Shown here one piece after another: positions 56,030 to 64,000 of a DNA stretch of 64,000 nucleotides (position 1 is the stretch's first letter; every line of letters begins with the position of its first letter). This DNA is from an uncultured Clostridia bacterium. GTDB taxonomy: Bacteria; Bacillota; Clostridia; TANB77; CAG-465. The DNA lies in the NCBI GenBank assembly GCA_947625855.1, contig CANQPW010000002.1, forward strand, positions 3,472-67,471, written 5' to 3'. The position numbers and the translations under genes are program-made. The notes below the pieces were generated by a model that saw nothing but the letters and a program-made list of their open reading frames with translations, searched no databases and was not told where the DNA came from.

Positions 56030-56425
56030 ATGGAAAATCAAGAAAATCAAAATCAAACTGAAAACCAAGCTGAAAATCAGAATCAAACTCAAACTACTAG
56101 TAATTCTAGTGATAGCAAAAGTAAAATTGTTTTATCCTATATTTTTTCTTTCTTAGGACTTATATTTGTTTTTACTGAAAAAAATGCAACTGATGCAGAA
56201 AAAAGAAATTATGCACAAGCAGGAACAATTTTTATAATTACTTTAATAATATCAGTTGTTACTGGTATAATTAATTTAATTGGAATACCTTTTGTTGGTG
56301 CTATATTATCTTTATTACCAACAGTATTATTTGTTTTTTGCATAATAGCTGCTGTAAAATCTAGTAGAACTGAAGTTTATCAAATACCATTAATATTTGA
56401 TTTATCAAAGAAGTTCTTTAAATAA
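56030..56425 (+). CDS. Small membrane protein (DUF4870-like) with an (E/T)NQ-repeat N-terminus
   Basis: ATG 56030 behind AGGAGGT. MENQENQNQTENQAENQNQTQTT, then three TM segments. Confidence 0.6.
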   Translation: MENQENQNQTENQAENQNQTQTTSNSSDSKSKIVLSYIFSFLGLIFVFTEKNATDAEKRNYAQAGTIFIITLIISVVTGIINLIGIPFVGAILSLLPTVLFVFCIIAAVKSSRTEVYQIPLIFDLSKKFFK

Positions 56426-56465
56426 AATTTGTACAAAAAAATGGAGAATTGTAAATCTCCATTTT

Positions 56466-57035
56466 TTATATACCAATATATTTTTTATAACATTTTCTAC
56501 ATACTGACTTATACGAATCATTGCCACCAATTAAAATCTTTTCACCTTGATTTGTTGCTTTACCATCAATCATTCGCATATTGCACGTTGCTTTCTCACC
56601 ACATTCACATATTGTTTTTATTTCTTCTATTTTATCTGCTATTTCCATTAAATGTAATGAGCCTTCAAAAAAATTCAATTTAAAATCTGCTCTTAATCCA
56701 TAACATATGACAGGTATATTTAATTTATCCACTACATCACTTAACTCAAAAACTTGTTCTTTATTTAAAAATTGAGCTTCATCAATTAAAATACAATCTG
56801 GTCTGTAATTATAATTTTTAACTAACTCAAATAAATTAGTATCTTTTTTAAAAACTTCTGCTTCTTTTTGCAAACCTATTCTAGTTGTAACTTTACCTAC
56901 ACCATATCTATCATCTATTCCTGCAGTTATTATAATTACTTTCTGATTTCTTTCTTCATAATTATATGCTACTTTTAATAAATCAATAGTTTTTCCTGAA
57001 CCCATAGCACCATATCTAAAATATAATTTTGCCAT
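56466..57035 (-). CDS. tdk: Thymidine kinase
   Basis: GAMGSGKT, IDEAQF, C-terminal Zn ribbon CECG...C..C. Start placed at ATG 57035. Confidence 0.9.
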   Translation of the reverse strand: MAKLYFRYGAMGSGKTIDLLKVAYNYEERNQKVIIITAGIDDRYGVGKVTTRIGLQKEAEVFKKDTNLFELVKNYNYRPDCILIDEAQFLNKEQVFELSDVVDKLNIPVICYGLRADFKLNFFEGSLHLMEIADKIEEIKTICECGEKATCNMRMIDGKATNQGEKILIGGNDSYKSVCRKCYKKYIGI

Positions 57036-57086
57036 ATTACCAATCACCAAAGATATTTTATCATTATGATTATAATATTTCAACAA

Positions 57087-58664
57087 TTAACTTTGAGTTT
57101 CAGTTTGTAATTCTTCAACAATTGATGCATTATCAGTACCTAAATAATTACCATCTAAATCAAAATACCAAGTACAATCTTTCATAGTACTTTGCATACC
57201 TTGATAAGGTTTCATTTCCCCATTAAACATTATAGGACCCGGTGCTGATTTTGGTGAACAACTTAAATATTGTAAATAATAATTCAAATTATTATATAAG
57301 CTCATAGACATTGTTGTAATGTCATATGTATAATTTACTTCAATATGTGGTATTATTGTTGCACCTGTATCATAATCATACCTTGGTTCTGGCTCATTAA
57401 TTATTGCATAACAACCTTGAAGGACATAACCTTTTGATTTATCTGAATCTGCTTCTTTTTTTATTTCATCTACAATCTCGTTTGCTAGTTCTTTAGCTTT
57501 ACTTCTTACCTTTTCATTATAGTTATCATTATTAAAATCATAATTTAATAATGTAACATCAACAAAATAATTATCAGAATAATCACCATATATTGTATCT
57601 TTTGCAAGAGATCCAAAATCATAACTTGAAGGTACAGTAAATACTTTTACTCCATGAAGCCTTACATTTTGATTTTCATATAAATCTCCTCCTAAGTATC
57701 TTTTATATATAGCAATATAATCTTTATATTTATATAATTCACAATTTAATGTATAAGCTCCTTCACTTATTCCTGGTACATCAATATTAAAAGTTTGAAA
57801 TTCATTTTCTGATATTACATAATCTATATTACCTTTTTTACTATTATATTCTTTTGCTATTTTTATAAATGTATCTTCATATTCAGAAGTATCTCTATTA
57901 TTCATATCTGATGCTTCTTTAAATTTTTCAAAATAATCCTCATCTTCAGTATAATCAACTTGTATATTAAGTGCTAAAGTATAATATGCCATATCAGCCA
58001 TTATTGAAGCTATTGGCGTAGATTTTATAAACAAATCTTCAAAAGGTATTTTATTACCTATATTCAAATCATAATTTAGGCCTGTATTCTTTGCATTATT
58101 TGATATTTTAATAGACAAAACATTAGAGAAATTTCCTTCAATGCTACAATATGTCATAACAAGCCCATCTTCATTTGGTTCATTTTTAGAATATGCTACA
58201 TTTTTAATCTCTTCATTAATTTTATTTTGAATATCTTTATTCTTTAGACCACTAATTTCTATATATTCAATGTATGTTTTAATATCAGTATATGGTATAG
58301 ACATATCATGAGCACTATACAATACTCCATTAACATCTACGTATTGTTTAAACTCAATATCATTGAAATTATATTTATCATCATCACTACATACATATTT
58401 TAAATCTGGATCTTCTTTTCTATTATCTGTATATATAAATTTATCTTCATTATCTACTTCATCATTATATTTGTTATTTATTGCTCTTATTTTAAGAAAT
58501 ATTAAAACAGAAGTTATAGCAATACAAATAACTAAAATCAAAATACCTATAATAACTAATTTTTTTGATATTTTATTTTTTGGTTTTGAATTTATGTTTA
58601 TATTTTTATCTGTATTTCCATTTCTCTTTAAATTAGTATCTTCTTGATTTTCCATATCAATCAC
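57087..58664 (-). CDS. Membrane-anchored protein with DUF4163/DUF3298-like (RsiV/PdaC-type) region
   Basis: Single TM. YIEISGLKNKDIQNKINEEIKN is typical of DUF4163. Weak call. Confidence 0.4.
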   Translation of the reverse strand: MIDMENQEDTNLKRNGNTDKNININSKPKNKISKKLVIIGILILVICIAITSVLIFLKIRAINNKYNDEVDNEDKFIYTDNRKEDPDLKYVCSDDDKYNFNDIEFKQYVDVNGVLYSAHDMSIPYTDIKTYIEYIEISGLKNKDIQNKINEEIKNVAYSKNEPNEDGLVMTYCSIEGNFSNVLSIKISNNAKNTGLNYDLNIGNKIPFEDLFIKSTPIASIMADMAYYTLALNIQVDYTEDEDYFEKFKEASDMNNRDTSEYEDTFIKIAKEYNSKKGNIDYVISENEFQTFNIDVPGISEGAYTLNCELYKYKDYIAIYKRYLGGDLYENQNVRLHGVKVFTVPSSYDFGSLAKDTIYGDYSDNYFVDVTLLNYDFNNDNYNEKVRSKAKELANEIVDEIKKEADSDKSKGYVLQGCYAIINEPEPRYDYDTGATIIPHIEVNYTYDITTMSMSLYNNLNYYLQYLSCSPKSAPGPIMFNGEMKPYQGMQSTMKDCTWYFDLDGNYLGTDNASIVEELQTETQS

Positions 58665-59636
58665 CTATTTTACCGGTACATATCCAGCTTCTTGTGCTAC
58701 TTTTTGTCCTCTATTTGATAACATTTGATTTGCTAACTTTCTTGCAGGACTATTTTCATCATCTGCTTTATTAATAACTATATAATAAGCTGTATTAAAT
58801 GGATATGTTCCATCTTTTATTGTTTGAGTATTTGGTTTAACACCATCTATACCTAAAAATTTTATATTACTTGCAACTTCTTTATCTATTGTTTCATACA
58901 TAGTAGTAGCATAATAATAATATGAATATCCTATTGAATTTACTCCATTATCATAAGATGAAACTAAGTTTATAATTTCTGCCATAGTTTGAAGTATATT
59001 TTCTTTTAAAGGTTCCATTAATCTTTTATCTTTCATAACAAGTGATAACATTCCAGTTTGACTACCAGAATTTACAGGTCTTTGATATGGTCTAATTGCC
59101 TCATCACTTCCTCCAACTTCTTTCCAATTAGTAATTTCTCCAGAATATATGCCCTGTATTTGATAAGTAGTCAAATTATCTACACTATTTTTTGCATTAA
59201 CATAAAATACAAAACCTTCTTTTACAACAGGTATTACTTCAAGTTCTACACCTTTTTGCTTAGCAAGTTCAAGTTCTTCTTCTGATGGTTCAGTAACTAT
59301 AATTAAATCTACTTCATCATTAATTAATTTTACATATGCTGGATGAGTATTAGAATAATCTAAATTTAATTCCTCAATTTTCTTGCCTGTAAAATTTGTA
59401 ATAAAAGCATCAGCAAGTGGTTGAGTTGCAAGAGATGCATCAACTTTAGGATAATTTTCTTCTGTATAAAGTGGATCATTTGTAATTTTATTTGCTTCTT
59501 CTTCTTGCCTATGTTCCTCATCTATTTTATTTTCATAAAATTTTGTTATTACAAAATATGAAGCTACACAAATTATAACGACTAAAACAAATATACAAGC
59601 AAAAATAATTATAGGCTTTTTATTACTTTTTTCCAT
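58665..59636 (-). CDS. PstS-like (PBP_like_2) substrate-binding protein, no adjacent transporter genes
   Basis: Signal anchor, DASLATQPLADAF, QRPVNSGSQ, GYSYYYY. Confidence 0.55.
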   Translation of the reverse strand: MEKSNKKPIIIFACIFVLVVIICVASYFVITKFYENKIDEEHRQEEEANKITNDPLYTEENYPKVDASLATQPLADAFITNFTGKKIEELNLDYSNTHPAYVKLINDEVDLIIVTEPSEEELELAKQKGVELEVIPVVKEGFVFYVNAKNSVDNLTTYQIQGIYSGEITNWKEVGGSDEAIRPYQRPVNSGSQTGMLSLVMKDKRLMEPLKENILQTMAEIINLVSSYDNGVNSIGYSYYYYATTMYETIDKEVASNIKFLGIDGVKPNTQTIKDGTYPFNTAYYIVINKADDENSPARKLANQMLSNRGQKVAQEAGYVPVK

Positions 59637-59706
59637 ACATATTCCTCCTTATAAATATAATATAAAATTTCAAAAAAAAAAGCAATAAAAAAACAATATA
59701 TAAAAA

Positions 59707-59943
59707 TTAACATATATATTGTTTTAATATTTCTTTCCCCTTGTTATAATCTTCTGTTTGAACATAAATGGTACAGTAAAAATTTTTATTTGAATTATTA
59801 GGATAATATTCAACCTGAGTTAGACATTCAATATTATTTCTTTTTAATATATCATAATATTTATTTTTATACTTATCACAATAATTAAAAACATTATATT
59901 TTTCTATCTCTATCCATTCAAATTCTTCATTTTTCTTTTTCAT
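59707..59943 (-). CDS. Small hypothetical protein (78 aa)
   Basis: ORF overlapping the upstream gene stop by 17 nt. Confidence 0.4.
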   Translation of the reverse strand: MKKKNEEFEWIEIEKYNVFNYCDKYKNKYYDILKRNNIECLTQVEYYPNNSNKNFYCTIYVQTEDYNKGKEILKQYIC

Positions 59944-60685
59944 AATTTTTCCCTTCTATAATATTTTTTAATTCTTCATAATTATCAAATATAAAAGAAT
60001 CACATATATCTTTATTATTAAAATATTCTTCTTTATTTTTTAAAGTCCATGAAATCACACTTATTCCTTTTTTACTGTATTTTTTATACATTTTTTCATT
60101 TAAATCAGAAATATTATAAGCTATAAAATCTGGTTTTGTTAAAAAATTAAATACCATTTTACTTAAAAAGAAGTTTAAAAATGAAGATATTGAATCTATT
60201 TTTTTAGCAGATAATTGCCCTCTTAATACATTATTTGCATTTTTTTTAAACCAAAGTAGTGATAATGGATTAAAAGATTCAATTAAATATTTTCCGTTAT
60301 AATTTTTAAGCATTTCATATAATTTTTCTTCAAGTTTTCCACATTTTCCACTATTTTTTATTTCTATTATCAATGGTACTTTTCCATCTATTACTTTTAA
60401 AACCTCAAAAAATGTTGGAATTTTATTTTCTGTTCCAAATAATTTAATTTTTTTTATTTCTTCTAAAGTCATATTTTCAACAGTAATATCTATATTTCCT
60501 ACATTTTTTAAATTACTATCATGCACTACAACTATATTTTCATCTTTTATTAAATGGACATCTAATTCTATTGCAATATTATTCTCTACTGCCAATAAAA
60601 AAGCTGGTATTGAATTTTCAACAATATCAGTATTTTTTATATGAAGACCTCTATGTGCAATAAATCTTAAATTTTCTATATTCAT
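59927..60685 (-). CDS. Glycerophosphodiester phosphodiesterase family protein
   Basis: IAHRGL, ENSIPAF, IELDVHL..D...VV.HD. Confidence 0.85.
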   Translation of the reverse strand: MNIENLRFIAHRGLHIKNTDIVENSIPAFLLAVENNIAIELDVHLIKDENIVVVHDSNLKNVGNIDITVENMTLEEIKKIKLFGTENKIPTFFEVLKVIDGKVPLIIEIKNSGKCGKLEEKLYEMLKNYNGKYLIESFNPLSLLWFKKNANNVLRGQLSAKKIDSISSFLNFFLSKMVFNFLTKPDFIAYNISDLNEKMYKKYSKKGISVISWTLKNKEEYFNNKDICDSFIFDNYEELKNIIEGKNYEKEK

Positions 60686-60725
60686 AATTTCACCTATATT
60701 AATTATATAATATCTTTTTTTATTA

Positions 60726-61586
60726 TCAAATAGAATTTACAATTTCCACATATTTATTAATATCAATTTCCTCTGCTCTAGCGTTTAAATTAACATTATT
60801 TTTTATTAATAATTCTTCAATTTCTTTTTTATTCATATTCATAAAATTTGTTGATTCTAAAGAATTAGATATTTTTTTCCTTCTTTGTGCAAAAGCAGAA
60901 TGAATTAATTTAAAAAATATTTCTTCTGAATTTACTTTATATTTTTTATTTTTTGTTAATTTTATAACAGCAGATGTTACATCAGGTGCTGGTATAAAAG
61001 ATGAATTTGGAACAATAAATTCAATATTTGCATCTGCTAAATAATCAACCATTAAAGTTAATATTCCATATTCTTTTGATTTTGGCTTTGCTATTATTCT
61101 TTCTGCAACTTCTTTTTGAACCATAATTATTATTTCATTAATTCTTTTGGAATCTTGCAAAAGTTTAAATATAATTGGTGTAGTTATATAATATGGTAAG
61201 TTTGCTACAACTTTTATATTTTCATATTTTTTATTATTTTTTATTTCAATATTTTCAATTAATTCATCTATATTTATTTTTAAAATATCATCATTTAATA
61301 ATAAATAATTATTATAATTTTTTAATCTATCGTTTAATATTTTTTCCATATTTTTATCAATTTCAATTAAAATAGCAAAATTAACATTATTTAAAATATA
61401 TTCAGATAAATTTCCTAGACCAGGTCCAATTTCAATTACTAAATCATTTTGAGCAATATTTGATGAAATAATAATATTTTTCAAAATATTATCATCTATT
61501 AAAAAATTTTGTCCTAATTTTTTATTCGCCTTAATATTATATTTATTCATAATTTTTTTTGTAATATTTAATGTATTTATTTCCAT
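60726..61586 (-). CDS. rsmA: 16S rRNA (adenine1518/1519-N6)-dimethyltransferase
   Basis: KKLGQNFLIDDNIL, VIEIGPGLGNLS, ANLPYYITTPI. Start placed at ATG 61586 behind AGGAGAA. Confidence 0.9.
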   Translation of the reverse strand: MEINTLNITKKIMNKYNIKANKKLGQNFLIDDNILKNIIISSNIAQNDLVIEIGPGLGNLSEYILNNVNFAILIEIDKNMEKILNDRLKNYNNYLLLNDDILKINIDELIENIEIKNNKKYENIKVVANLPYYITTPIIFKLLQDSKRINEIIIMVQKEVAERIIAKPKSKEYGILTLMVDYLADANIEFIVPNSSFIPAPDVTSAVIKLTKNKKYKVNSEEIFFKLIHSAFAQRRKKISNSLESTNFMNMNKKEIEELLIKNNVNLNARAEEIDINKYVEIVNSI

Positions 61587-61643
61587 ATTTTCTCCTAAGA
61601 AAATAATTGTCAGTAAAACTGACAATTATTTAATAATTTTTAT

Positions 61644-62777
61644 TTATTCGTGTAATCCACCAGTTGAAATTAATGTATTTCTTAAATTAATTACTGATGT
61701 ACTATAATCTCTATCAATTATACCTTTGCTATAACATAAGCTATAATATGCTCCTTCACCCATGTTATATGCATTTAATCCATAAACAATTGCAGTATTT
61801 GGATCATCAGGAACTCTTTTTCTACCTGCTTCTAAGTATGTAGAAAGTAAATAAGCACCTGCTGTCATATTATCATATGGATCAAAATAATCATTTATTC
61901 CAAGTCCTGCTCTCAAAGTTTCATGATTTGTAATATGTATCTGACAAAGTCCATATGAATTATTACCTCCAAAAGCTGTTGCAACAAATCTACTCTCTTG
62001 AAACATCATTGCAAGGAATAGCTCATATTCTATGCCATATCTTTTACAAATGTTATATGCATATTGTTGTTGATCAACTGGTAATGCTATATCATATTCT
62101 CTAAATCCTCCATCAACAGGAGATGATATCATTGATTGTACTAGTGCACTTCTTGATACAGTAACTCTTGTTCCAACTTCAACAACTTTATTTCTAGCTT
62201 GTGATAAAACTTCTGATGCTATTTCAGATCTATTTATTTCTTTATTATCACTATATCTTACAATATAACTAGTTGATTTACGTCCTTCAACACCTTCTTG
62301 AACAGTTTGAGTTGTTCCTTCATCTATATCAGGATTATCTTTTGTTTCTTCATCAAAAGGTATTGATTCTACGACTTCTTCGTATTTTGCAACCATTGGT
62401 ATATAATTTTCTTTCATAACATCTATATCAAGTTTTGCATATTCCTTCTTATCAGATATGTTTATTTGCATACCATCAACTATTTTATCGTTATATCCTA
62501 CTGATAAATTTGTATTTTCATCTATATATATTTTATTTTGTAATAAAAAACTATCTATTGTAGACGCAAGGGTTCTAACAGTTTTTGTACTACCATAGTA
62601 GTTCAAATTTACTGTCTTTGTTTGTGTTGTTATAGAAACTAAACCGATTGTAGTAAATACAAGTATTACAGCAATTATTGTTAATGCTTTTCTTACATAT
62701 TGCATTATACTTTCTACCACAAAAACCCCTCCAATCTTTGATGGCATAATTATACTATAATTAGGGCTAATTGTCAA
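61644..62777 (-). CDS. YabE-like protein: DUF348, G5 and lytic-transglycosylase (SLT)-like domains
   Basis: TM anchor. DUF348-like (TVRTLASTIDSFLLQNKIYIDE). G5 (DEGTTQTVQEGVEGRKSTSYIV...EVGTR). C-terminal FQESRF...YGLCQI. Classic position upstream of ksgA. The real start is probably internal (GTG 62720 or ATG 62705). Confidence 0.75.
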   Translation of the reverse strand: MTISPNYSIIMPSKIGGVFVVESIMQYVRKALTIIAVILVFTTIGLVSITTQTKTVNLNYYGSTKTVRTLASTIDSFLLQNKIYIDENTNLSVGYNDKIVDGMQINISDKKEYAKLDIDVMKENYIPMVAKYEEVVESIPFDEETKDNPDIDEGTTQTVQEGVEGRKSTSYIVRYSDNKEINRSEIASEVLSQARNKVVEVGTRVTVSRSALVQSMISSPVDGGFREYDIALPVDQQQYAYNICKRYGIEYELFLAMMFQESRFVATAFGGNNSYGLCQIHITNHETLRAGLGINDYFDPYDNMTAGAYLLSTYLEAGRKRVPDDPNTAIVYGLNAYNMGEGAYYSLCYSKGIIDRDYSTSVINLRNTLISTGGLHE

Positions 62778-63117
62778 TTTTAAAGCATTTAAAATGGCTG
62801 TAAAAATGAATACAAAATATGGTTTCTCCTTGAAATATAAGCATATAAATTCTAATATATTATTTTCATTACATTTTTACATTACGAAAAAATTACATAA
62901 AAAAATATCTTTTTATTTATTTTTCTTAATTTTAATTAATTTTTTTAATTATTTTTTATAATTAATTTTTATTTATTTTATATTTTTTCATTTATTATTT
63001 TTCTTTTTATTTTATTATTTTATTTTTATATTATAATTAAATTAATTTTAAATAAACAAAATTATTTGTATTAATATTTTTATTGTGTTATAATTTTAAA
63101 AAAATAAGGAGGAAAAT

Positions 63118-63627
63118 ATGAAAACAAGAGGATTTGAAATATGTAAAGGATTTGAAAATAAAAATATTAATTTACCAGAAAGAAAAACAAAAAATTCTGT
63201 ATGCTATGATATAGAGGCAGCAGAAGATACAATTATACCTTCAATTTGGAAAACGATTTTTGAAAATTTCAAAATATTTTTATCTGGCTCAAAAGATTAT
63301 AAAGAAATAAAACCTACTTTTGTACCAACAGGTTTAAAAGCATATTTTTTAGAAGATGAAGTTTTATTTCTTGCAAATAAAAGTTCTTTTCCAATAAAAA
63401 AAGGATTAGTTTCTGCAAATAGTATAGGAATTGTAGAAAGTGATTATTATGAAAATGAAACAAACGATGGTCATTTAATGTTTACCTACTATAATTTTTT
63501 TCCAACAGATACTTTATTAAAAAAAGGTGAACCATGTGGACAGGCTTATTTTCAAAAATTTTTAAAAACTGATAATGATTCAGCAACTGGTATTAGAAAA
63601 GGTGGATTTGGAAGTACATCAAAATAA
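63118..63627 (+). CDS. dut: dUTP diphosphatase (dUTPase/dCTP deaminase superfamily)
   Basis: LPERKTKNSVCYDI, GLVSANSIGIVESDYY, GGFGST C-terminal motif. AGGAGGA RBS. Confidence 0.7.
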   Translation: MKTRGFEICKGFENKNINLPERKTKNSVCYDIEAAEDTIIPSIWKTIFENFKIFLSGSKDYKEIKPTFVPTGLKAYFLEDEVLFLANKSSFPIKKGLVSANSIGIVESDYYENETNDGHLMFTYYNFFPTDTLLKKGEPCGQAYFQKFLKTDNDSATGIRKGGFGSTSK

Positions 63628-63775
63628 CAATATATTTTTTTAAAGCAAGTTTTTTCTTGCTTTTTTATTTTTTTAAATTTATTATTACAAAAATTACCAA
63701 TTTCAATTAAACACTTAACTTTTTATTAGTTTTATGTTATAATCTAAAACAGATATTTTAGGAGTGAAAATCATC

Positions 63776-64000
63776 TTGGAAAATTTATATATATATGTAG
63801 AAAATGAAAAGGTTGAAAATTGCTTAAAATATGGTATGAAGTTGTCTGAATATGCAAATAAAATAATTGCATTTAATAATATAGAAAAAAAAGGGATTAC
63901 TGCTTATTTAACACCTAAAGATAGTAATTTATATGATGATAATTTATTTACATGTTTAAGAATTTCTACCAAAGATTTACATGCAATAATTTATAATAGA
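63776..64000 (+). CDS. Partial CDS, hypothetical (runs off the window end)
   Basis: TTG 63776 lies 9 nt after AGGAGTG, and the frame is open to the window end (LENLYIYVENEKVENCLKYGMKLSEYANK...). Confidence 0.35.
   Translation, partial: MENLYIYVENEKVENCLKYGMKLSEYANKIIAFNNIEKKGITAYLTPKDSNLYDDNLFTCLRISTKDLHAIIYNR

Noticed and set aside
56034-56100. Tandem nucleotide repeat (GAAAATCAA/AATCAAACT units)
   Set aside because: It lies in frame inside the CDS and encodes an (E/T)NQ low-complexity N-terminus. It is not an independent repeat element.

Overview
This is a 64-kb chromosomal window from a very AT-rich, endospore-forming Firmicute (Clostridia-like). It uses the standard code, and TGA terminates conserved genes such as ksgA. 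Most genes are on the minus strand. (a) 1-10.6 kb is an accessory island and the most unusual part. It holds an operon of single-domain fragments of core machinery: an FtsZ GTPase domain only, a DnaJ C-terminal domain only, a DnaB C-terminal ATPase only and a 347-aa orphan, followed by an AAA+-like gene with an ablated P-loop. Next to it are a separate WYL-regulator module flanked by PD-(D/E)xK-like and GIY-YIG-like proteins, a DUF4143-type ATPase behind an array of AAAAATGTGAT repeats, a compositionally foreign thyA, a 22-codon hydrophobic peptide ORF and a 314-aa orphan. (b) 10.9-23.2 kb is a surface and glycan block. It holds a wall-anchored Big_2 protein with a possible cohesin, a 1894-aa dockerin-bearing M60-like zincin, two glycosyltransferases, a roughly 215-nt structured sRNA candidate, and an acyltransferase with a stand-alone ACP. 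(c) 23.2-31.1 kb is housekeeping: cwlJ/gerQ-like pair, XRE regulator, tatD, a two-component system, murI, recR, ybaB, dnaX and a very short SRP RNA. (d) 31-35 kb holds an orphan type-IV coupling protein (T4CP) with two small orphans. (e) 35-45 kb holds RNase P RNA, a gerA-type germinant receptor operon, gyrA without gyrB, a CbpA-like J-protein and an MBL hydrolase. (f) 45.2-46.1 kb is a sharply GC-rich single-gene cassette. (g) 46.3-51.6 kb holds DnaD/DnaI-like genes in line with a minimal T4SS-like set (VirB3/VirB6/VirB2-like plus a second T4CP split by one in-frame TGA). (h) 51.9-64 kb holds tRNA-Lys/Glu/Thr, an ECF sigma/anti-sigma pair with secreted proteins, tdk, ksgA, yabE-like and dut. 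No CRISPR array, rRNA, integrase or transposase was seen.
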